From contig OZ241326.1 in the NCBI GenBank assembly GCA_965199855.1, positions 1,792,001 through 1,856,000 of the forward strand: DNA of 64,000 bases, in the 5' to 3' direction. The stretch is from a bacterium (lineage in GTDB: Bacteria; UBA8248). A program made the position numbers and the translations under genes. Shown one piece after another: positions 57,716 to 64,000 of this stretch. The first letter of the stretch is position 1; each line of letters begins with the position of its first letter. Under the pieces are notes generated by a model, which saw only the letters and a list, made by a program, of their open reading frames with translations, had not been told where the DNA came from and searched no databases.

Positions 57716-58213
57716 ATGGACAACCCGATGGAAGGAAGCCTGAACGGGCGGGGGCTGCGGGTCGGCCTCGTCTCCTCGCGCTTCAACGATTTTATCGTCT
57801 CCCATCTCGTGCGGGGGGCCGAGACGGCGCTTCGGCAGTGCGGCGTGTCCGACGCCGACGTCGCGCACGCGCGGGTGCCGGGCTCCTTCGAGCTTCCGGC
57901 GGCCGCGATGAAGATGGCGAAATCGGGGAAATACGACGCCGTCGTATGCCTGGGCTGCGTGATACGGGGTGCCACCTCCCACTACGATCTGGTGTGCGCC
58001 GAGGCGGCGAAGGGCGTCGCCCAGGTGGGCGCGCAGACGGGGGTGCCCACCATTTTCGCCGTCGTGACGACGGATACGGTCGAGCAGGCCGTCGAGCGCG
58101 CCGGGACGAAGATGGGGAACAAGGGATACGAGGGCGCCCTGGCGGCCGTGGAGATGGCCCGTCTCTTCTCGCGGATGGACGGGAGCGGAAGCGAAGCTCC
58201 CGGAAAAGGTTAG
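57716..58213 (+). CDS. ribH: 6,7-dimethyl-8-ribityllumazine synthase
   Basis: [32 protein letters not shown]. Confidence 0.97.
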   Translation: MDNPMEGSLNGRGLRVGLVSSRFNDFIVSHLVRGAETALRQCGVSDADVAHARVPGSFELPAAAMKMAKSGKYDAVVCLGCVIRGATSHYDLVCAEAAKGVAQVGAQTGVPTIFAVVTTDTVEQAVERAGTKMGNKGYEGALAAVEMARLFSRMDGSGSEAPGKG

Positions 58214-58218
58214 CGGCG

Positions 58219-58629
58219 GTGGAGAACAGACGGGCGGGGCGGGAGATCGCGTTTCAGATGCTTTATCACGCGGACCGCGTCGGGGGCCTCACGCCGGAGG
58301 AGGTGGGCCGCTATTGGCTGCTTCATCCGGCCGAGGAGGATTCCAGGGCGTTCGCCGACAGGCTGGCGTCGATCGTCTTGGAAAAGGGCCGCGAGATTGA
58401 CGATCTGCTCGCGGAGGCGAGCGCGCGCTGGTCTCTGGCGCGCATGGACGCCGTATCGAGAAGCATCCTGCGCCTCGGCGCCTGCGAAATGTATTTCGTT
58501 CCGGACGTTCCGCCCGCCGTGACGATGGATGAGGCGATTCGCCTGGCCAGGAGATACGGCCCCGAGAACGCGCCCGGCTTCGTGAACGGGGTTCTGGATC
58601 GCCTCCATCAAGAGAAAGCGGCGGTCTAG
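58219..58629 (+). CDS. nusB: Transcription antitermination factor NusB
   Basis: RRAGREIAFQMLY, WSLARM..RSILR, FVNGVLD. Confidence 0.95.
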   Translation: MENRRAGREIAFQMLYHADRVGGLTPEEVGRYWLLHPAEEDSRAFADRLASIVLEKGREIDDLLAEASARWSLARMDAVSRSILRLGACEMYFVPDVPPAVTMDEAIRLARRYGPENAPGFVNGVLDRLHQEKAAV

Positions 58630-58636
58630 CGCGGCC

Positions 58637-59191
58637 GTGGTGCGCCTTCGCTTGCTTCCCCAGGCGCTGGAGGAGGCCGAAAGCTTCGTCGCCGTCTGCA
58701 TGTTCACGCCGGAGGACTTTCCGTTTCGCGGACTCCCCGGCAAGCTGGACGGCCTGCTGACGAGCGAGGCGAGCCGCCTGGTTCGGGCGGGAAAGCTGAG
58801 CGGCGCGTGGCCCTCGCAGGCCATGCTCGCCTCGAAGCGGAGGCTGGCGCCCGAATACGTCCTGTTCGCCGGCGTCGGCTCCTCGGAGGACCTGACCCTG
58901 ACGGCGCTTTACCGGCGGTCGAGGGATATCGTCGGGAGGATGATGCGGGCGTCGGCGAGGAGCCTGTCGATGCAGATTTCCGGCTTCGCGCGCTTTTCGG
59001 ACGATTTCGCTCCGATCGCCACGGAGATTCTGAGCGGCGCGATACGGGGGGCGATCGGGCATCCCCGGGACGTCGATATTCTCGTCTGCGAACCCGACGA
59101 GGGGAAATACGATGAGCTGGTCGCGCTGAGCGAGCGAATCGCCTTCAGCGGCGCGAAGGAGTGGGAGCTTTCCCTGGAGGTCGTGATTTGA
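58637..59191 (+). CDS. Stand-alone peptidase M17 N-terminal-like domain protein
   Basis: PFRGLPGKLD..L, VLFAGVG pattern; no catalytic M17 domain. Confidence 0.55.
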   Translation: MVRLRLLPQALEEAESFVAVCMFTPEDFPFRGLPGKLDGLLTSEASRLVRAGKLSGAWPSQAMLASKRRLAPEYVLFAGVGSSEDLTLTALYRRSRDIVGRMMRASARSLSMQISGFARFSDDFAPIATEILSGAIRGAIGHPRDVDILVCEPDEGKYDELVALSERIAFSGAKEWELSLEVVI

Positions 59192-59718
59192 GCGGGCGGC
59201 TCTGGAGATCGATTCACCTCCTCCCTCTCGCGTTCGCCGCGCTCCTCGCGGCGGGCTGCGGCTATCAGCTCGAGGGAACCCGGCGCCCCGAAAGCCTCGG
59301 GCGCGCGCGAACGATTTCGATAGCCGCGTTCGCCAACCGTACGGATGAGCCGGGCCTCGAGCGCGCCGTCACGGAAACGGTGCGGAGCAGGTTCCTGCGC
59401 GACGGCCGCCTCCGGGTTTCGGGCTCCGCCGGCGCGGACTTGGCGCTCGATGGCGTCCTGCGCGAGTATCGTCTCGCTCCGATCGGCTTTACGCGGGCGG
59501 ATCAGGCTCAGCGCTATCGCGTGGTTCTTCGCGCCCGCGTGCGGCTGCGCGACAACGCGCGGGGCAGGCTGCTCATCAATCAGGCTCTGGAGTCCGACGC
59601 CGAGTTCACGGTCTCCTCCTCCATCGCGCGAAGCGACGCGAACCGTCTGGGCGCCAACCAGCGGGCGGCCGATTCCTTCGCGGAAGACGTCATCAGCCTT
59701 GTCTTCGAGGGCTTTTAG
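59188..59718 (+). CDS. lptE: LptE family lipoprotein
   Basis: Lipobox LAAGCGY, FANRTDEPGLE; precedes holA. Confidence 0.85.
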   Translation: MSGRLWRSIHLLPLAFAALLAAGCGYQLEGTRRPESLGRARTISIAAFANRTDEPGLERAVTETVRSRFLRDGRLRVSGSAGADLALDGVLREYRLAPIGFTRADQAQRYRVVLRARVRLRDNARGRLLINQALESDAEFTVSSSIARSDANRLGANQRAADSFAEDVISLVFEGF

Positions 59719-59719
59719 G

Positions 59720-60763
59720 TTGCCCCCGGGGCGCAGGAGGCCGGAGGGCTCCTCCTCCGCGCTCTCCGATCTGGAGGCCGCGCCGACGCGGCCGCTTTAT
59801 CTTCTCCAGGGCAAGGACGCTTTTTTGCGCGATGAATGCCTGCGCGCCATTCGCCGCAAGGTTTTCGGCGGCGAGCCCGACGACTTCAACCGCGACCGCT
59901 TCGACTGGGCCGAGGCCGACGCGGCGGAAATCGCCGCCATCGCGCGGACGCTTCCCTTCATGGCGGAGAAGCGCCTCATCGAAGTCCTCGACTTCGCCAA
60001 GCCGAACGCCAGGGACGAATCCATCCTCCTCGCCTACCTCGATGAGCCGTCCCCCTCCACGGTTCTGGCGTTTTGCGTGGAGAGCGCCGACATGCGGACG
60101 ACCTTCTTCCAGCGTCTGGCGAAGGCGAGCATGGTTTGCCGGGCGGACGCCCTGAAAGGGCGGGAGCTGACGAAGTGGCTTCACGCGCGCGCCGCCGGGC
60201 TGGGGTTCGAGCTGCGGCCCGAGGCCGCCGAGCTGCTGGTCGAAATGGTCAAGCCGTCCATGGGGCGGCTGAACGCGGAGCTCGAGAAGATCGCCTGCTA
60301 CGCGATGCCCGCGGCCTCCGCCGGCGCGCCGGAGGTTCGGGCGGTCGTCGGACGCTCCAGGGAGGAGCTGCTCTACAGGCTGGGCGATTCGATCAGCCAG
60401 GGAAGTCTGGGCGAAACCCTGGCTCTCCTGCGGCGGATGCTGGAGACCGAACACCCCGTCGTGTTCATCGGACTGCTGCGCAATCTGATTCGGCGCTGGA
60501 CGATCGCGAAGGCGCTGATGCGGGGCGGGAAGGGCGCGCGCGAAATTTCCGAGGCGCTGGGCGCGCCGCTTTTCGCGGCGCAAAGGCTCGAGGGGCAGGT
60601 CAGGCGCCTGCGCTCCGCCTACCCGCGCGAGTTGTATGGAAAGCTGCTTCAGGCGGATCGCAAACTGAAAAGGACGAGCGACATGAGAGTCGCCCGCCAG
60701 ACGCTGGAGTTGTTTCTCGTGGACGTGCGCCTCTCCAGAAGCGGGACGCGCGGGGCGGCCTGA
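59720..60763 (+). CDS. holA: DNA polymerase III delta subunit
   Basis: PLYLLQG, TLPFMAEKRL, ELEKIACY, LLQADRKLK; start uncertain. Confidence 0.9.
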   Translation: MPPGRRRPEGSSSALSDLEAAPTRPLYLLQGKDAFLRDECLRAIRRKVFGGEPDDFNRDRFDWAEADAAEIAAIARTLPFMAEKRLIEVLDFAKPNARDESILLAYLDEPSPSTVLAFCVESADMRTTFFQRLAKASMVCRADALKGRELTKWLHARAAGLGFELRPEAAELLVEMVKPSMGRLNAELEKIACYAMPAASAGAPEVRAVVGRSREELLYRLGDSISQGSLGETLALLRRMLETEHPVVFIGLLRNLIRRWTIAKALMRGGKGAREISEALGAPLFAAQRLEGQVRRLRSAYPRELYGKLLQADRKLKRTSDMRVARQTLELFLVDVRLSRSGTRGAA

Positions 60764-60765
60764 GT

Positions 60766-61020
60766 CTATGAGGCGGACGCGGCGCGCGCCCGCCTGGCGA
60801 GTCTTGCCGCGCGCCGAGAGGCCGTCCTTTTGTGGATAACCCCTTTCGAGGCCGCGCGATCCAGCTGCGACTGGGCTTTTCCCAGCAGCGCCTGGGCGTT
60901 CTCCTCACTCTCCAGTACTTTTTTGATGGTGTTCCGGAACTGGGAGCGGATGGCGCGGTTTCTGGCGCGGCGAACGACGTTCTGGCGGTTGCGCTTTTTG
61001 GCCGAGCGAATATGGGGCAA
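60766..61020 (-). CDS. rpsT: 30S ribosomal protein S20
   Basis: IRSAKKRNRQ..RN..S, DRAASKGVIHKRTASR. Confidence 0.96.
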   Translation of the reverse strand: MPHIRSAKKRNRQNVVRRARNRAIRSQFRNTIKKVLESEENAQALLGKAQSQLDRAASKGVIHKRTASRRAARLARRARAASAS

Positions 61021-61083
61021 TTTCTCCGGTTCTCCGTGAAAATGGGCGAAATCCCTCTCTTGAGGCCGCTTCAGAGCGCGGGT

Positions 61084-61111
61084 AAGATACCATGAGGCAA
61101 AGGGTTGTCAA
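61084..61111 (-). promoter_or_regulatory. Putative sigma70 promoter for rpsT
   Basis: Minus strand TTGACA-16bp-TATCTT with extended TG. Confidence 0.6.
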
Positions 61112-61138
61112 GCGCACCGCCCCGGTGTCGGGAGTTTT

Positions 61139-62818
61139 GTGACCACGCCATCTGACCCCTCGAATCGGGAAAACGGGAAAGACGCCTCCGAAGCCGCGCC
61201 GGGGGAAAACGGCGATTCGCCGACGGGGGAGAGCGTCTCCAGGCTGGCGGGCCCCGTCAGTCTGGCGACGCTCATCAGCCGGTTCGCGGGCTTTTTCCGC
61301 GATTTGCTCATCGCCGGATTCTTCGGCGCCGCGATGATGGCCGACGCCTTTTTCGTGGCGTTCGCCATTCCCAATCTCTTCCGCCGCATATTCATGGAAG
61401 GGGCGCTGAGCGCGTCGTTTCTTCCCGTCTATGCCGACGTGCGGGAGCGCTCCGGCGCGAGGGCGGCCCGGAAATTCACCGGCGGGGTGATGGCGTTTCT
61501 CGTCCTCGCCGGAGGCGCGGTCTGCCTGCCGGCGATCTGGTTCGCGCTGCCGCTGGTGAGGGTGCTGGCGCCCGGCTTTTCGGCGAACCCGGAAAAACTG
61601 CTTCTCGCGGCGGAGCTCGTCCGCGCCATGTTTCCGTTCATCATTTTCATCGGCCTGTGGGCGGTGGCGGCCGGCGTCCTGAACGCGGCGCGCCGCTTTT
61701 TCGCGCCCGCCCTCGCGCCCGCGCTCCAGAACGCGCTCATCATCGCGGCGCTCCTGCTGGCGGATTATCGGGTGAGCAGGGCGGAGGCCATCCACTGGCT
61801 CGCCTGGGCCGTCGTCATCGGCGGGGCCGCCCAGTTTCTGTTCCAGCTCCCCCTGATGGGGAAACTGCGGATCCTGCCGATTCTCTCGGCGCCGTGGCGG
61901 ACGGAGGGCGTGGGCAGGTGTCTGGTCCTGATGGGGCCGGCGGCCTTCGGCGGCGCCATTTTCCAGATCAACGTTCTGGTCGATCGCTGGCTGGCCTCCT
62001 TCCTGGCCGAGGGCTCGATTTCCTACCTCTACTACGCGAATAGGCTTGTGCAGCTTCCCCACGGCATCCTGAGCCTCGCGGTCGTGTCCGCCGTCCTCCC
62101 GGTTTTGTCCGATTACGCGGCGAAGGGCGGGGAGAACGCCGCCCCCGGCGATTCCGAGCGCGGCGCCATGCTCGAAGCGGGGCGCCTCACGCTCTTCATC
62201 ACGATTCCCGCGGCGTGCGGCCTCATCGCGCTGGCGCATCCGATCGTGGAGGTCGTTTTCGAGCGGGGCGCCTTCACGCGAAGCCATACGGAAGCGGCCG
62301 CGGCCGCCCTTCGGGCGTACGCGGCGGGGCTGGCGTTCTTCGGATTCGCAAGGCTTCTGGCGGGGGCGTTTCACGCCCGCCTGAACACGAAATTTCCGGT
62401 GCGGTGCGCGAATATCTCCGTGCTGGCGAACGTGGCGCTCAGCGTCGCCCTCATGCTCCCCCTCGGTTTCGTGGGCCTCGCGCTCGCCACCTCGATATCG
62501 AGCGCCCTGAACGCCGGATTGCTGCTGAGGGGACTGATGCGGGAGTGGGGCGACTTTCCCAAAAGAGAGCTGGCGCGCTCCCTCGGCAGGCTTCTCGCGC
62601 TGGGAGGCCTGACGGGACTGCTCGCGCATCTCGTTCATTCGCAGCTCGTTCGCCCGCATCTGTGGGATTCGGGGGGAGCGTCCGCGCTGAAGCTGTTGAT
62701 GATGACGCTCGAGGTGCTGCTGGCCGCCTGCTTCTACCTCTGGCTGGGCAAGAGGTTCGACGCCGCCTCCCATGAATCCTGGCGCCGCTTCACCCGCCTC
62801 GGGTGGGGAAGATCCTGA
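61139..62818 (+). CDS. murJ: Lipid II flippase MurJ
   Basis: SRFAGFFRD, PNLFRRIFMEGALSASF, YYANRLVQLP, FERGAF. Confidence 0.96.
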   Translation: MTTPSDPSNRENGKDASEAAPGENGDSPTGESVSRLAGPVSLATLISRFAGFFRDLLIAGFFGAAMMADAFFVAFAIPNLFRRIFMEGALSASFLPVYADVRERSGARAARKFTGGVMAFLVLAGGAVCLPAIWFALPLVRVLAPGFSANPEKLLLAAELVRAMFPFIIFIGLWAVAAGVLNAARRFFAPALAPALQNALIIAALLLADYRVSRAEAIHWLAWAVVIGGAAQFLFQLPLMGKLRILPILSAPWRTEGVGRCLVLMGPAAFGGAIFQINVLVDRWLASFLAEGSISYLYYANRLVQLPHGILSLAVVSAVLPVLSDYAAKGGENAAPGDSERGAMLEAGRLTLFITIPAACGLIALAHPIVEVVFERGAFTRSHTEAAAAALRAYAAGLAFFGFARLLAGAFHARLNTKFPVRCANISVLANVALSVALMLPLGFVGLALATSISSALNAGLLLRGLMREWGDFPKRELARSLGRLLALGGLTGLLAHLVHSQLVRPHLWDSGGASALKLLMMTLEVLLAACFYLWLGKRFDAASHESWRRFTRLGWGRS

Positions 62819-62835
62819 TGGATGGGGCGCGGAGG

Positions 62836-63789
62836 ATGGCGAGGGAGAAGGTTTTGGCCAAAAATGACGAGGAAGGCAGCGGCGCCGCGCTTGACGCGCG
62901 TCTCGCGGACATGCTGAGGAATTTCCGAAACTTTCTTCTCATCGAGCGCCGCCTCGCCGTGAATACGGTGGAAAGCTACGGCCTCGACGTCGAGTCGTTT
63001 TTCTTCTGGGCGCAGGAAAACGGCGCCGCCCCGCCCGGGAACTGGTCCAAGGACACCGTCGTCTCCTATCTCAAGGACGGGCGGGAGGCCGGAAAATCGG
63101 ACGCCACGCTGCGCCGGCGCCTGGCTTCCATTCGCGCGCTCGCCGGGCTGCTGGTTCGGGACGGCCACGCGCGGGAGGATTTTACGGCGGACGTCATGCA
63201 GCCCTCCAAATGGAAGCGCCTGCCCAGGACGCTCTCGCAGGAGGGTATGTCGAAAATCCTGTCCGCCCCGGATGAGAAAACGCCCGAGGCCGTCCGGGAC
63301 GGGACGATGTTCGAACTTCTCTACGCCACCGGAATGCGCGTGAGCGAAATCATCGGACTCAGGCTCGGTCAAATTCAGATCGAATCGGGCTTCTGCATCG
63401 TTCACGGGAAGGGGGACAAATCCCGCCTCGTGCCGATGGGAGACGCCGCGAAGAATCGCCTGGAGGATTATCTCGACGCCGCCCGCCCGGCTCTGCTGCG
63501 CGGGCGCGCGTCCGATTACGTCTTTCTCACGCGCCGGGGAGGCCCCATGACGCGCCAGGCCTTCTGGGCGAGAGTCAAGCGGTGGGCGCGGCAGGCGGGC
63601 GTGGGCCAGGGCGTGAGCCCGCACGTGTTTCGCCACACCTTCGCGACGCATCTGCTGAACCATGGGGCCGACCTGCGCGCCGTCCAGGCGATGCTCGGAC
63701 ATTCCGACATTTCGACCACCGAGGTCTATACGCACGTGGACAGGCGAAAACTGCGCCAGCTTCTGGACAAAGGCCACCCCAGAGGGTAG
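62836..63789 (+). CDS. xerD: Site-specific tyrosine recombinase XerD
   Basis: RD..MFELLYATGMRVSE, GKGDKSR, MTRQAFW, SPHVFRHTFATHLLNHGADLR, LGHSDISTTEVYTHV, HPR. Confidence 0.93.
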   Translation: MAREKVLAKNDEEGSGAALDARLADMLRNFRNFLLIERRLAVNTVESYGLDVESFFFWAQENGAAPPGNWSKDTVVSYLKDGREAGKSDATLRRRLASIRALAGLLVRDGHAREDFTADVMQPSKWKRLPRTLSQEGMSKILSAPDEKTPEAVRDGTMFELLYATGMRVSEIIGLRLGQIQIESGFCIVHGKGDKSRLVPMGDAAKNRLEDYLDAARPALLRGRASDYVFLTRRGGPMTRQAFWARVKRWARQAGVGQGVSPHVFRHTFATHLLNHGADLRAVQAMLGHSDISTTEVYTHVDRRKLRQLLDKGHPRG

Positions 63790-63824
63790 GGAATAAAGGG
63801 CGAAAGAAAAATATGATTCCCGTG

Positions 63825-63853
63825 TTGACGCCCTGCATGATCGGACTTACGAT
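63825..63853 (+). promoter_or_regulatory. Putative sigma70 promoter
   Basis: TTGACG-17bp-TACGAT. Confidence 0.6.
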
Positions 63854-63889
63854 CCGGCGGCGCATGGGGATGCGAGGAGCCTGAATCCG

Positions 63890-64000
63890 TTGGCGACGAG
63901 GATGTCTGCAAGCCCGATGGCCGGCCCGGATAGGCTGATCCATATTCTGGGCAACCGGGATGAGTCTCTCAGGGCCGTGGAGCGGGCGTTCGGCGTGAAA
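63890..64000 (+). CDS. Probable PhoH family protein, N-terminus only (runs off window)
   Basis: GAGGAG RBS; ..ILGNRDESLRAVERAFGVK resembles PhoH N-termini. Confidence 0.5.
   Translation, partial: MATRMSASPMAGPDRLIHILGNRDESLRAVERAFGVK

Noticed and set aside
62836-63789. Tyrosine recombinase as a prophage or island integrase
   Set aside because: XerD-type motifs (TRQAFW, C-terminal HPR) and housekeeping context
1-64000. tRNA/rRNA genes
   Set aside because: No cloverleaf/T-arm signatures or rRNA-like sequence recognised in intergenic gaps; tRNAscan was not run

Overview
High-GC bacterial chromosomal window made mostly of housekeeping genes: infB-DUF503-rbfA-truB-rpsO-pnp; hisS; aspS-era/rpsU/recO-argS-SPOR; lipA-alaC-hom-apgM-like-lysC-glyQS-ppdK-ribD-ribE-ribBX-ribH-nusB-lptE-holA/rpsT-murJ-xerD-phoH. 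Catabolic accessory genes are interspersed. The gene order resembles Nitrospinota/deltaproteobacteria-like lineages (inference only). The notable region is a ~6 kb block at 13949-19977. It holds a two-subunit restriction-modification system (nuclease-N6-methyltransferase fusion plus S subunit, no HsdR motor), a REP-associated HUH tyrosine transposase (RAYT) and a very low-GC orphan gene. More than ten GTAG/GCAG-type REP hairpins sit at nearly every gene junction in it. The block is bracketed by a 29-bp REP direct repeat. The RAYT sits between two 134-bp copies of the methyltransferase 3' end that differ only at synonymous sites, and both RM stop codons are the TAG of a GTAG REP motif. This looks like a REP/RAYT-scaffolded, modular RM/defence cassette locus, but the mechanism is inferred, not shown. 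No tRNA, rRNA or CRISPR array was recognised. Calls come from motif reading by eye; no database searches were run.
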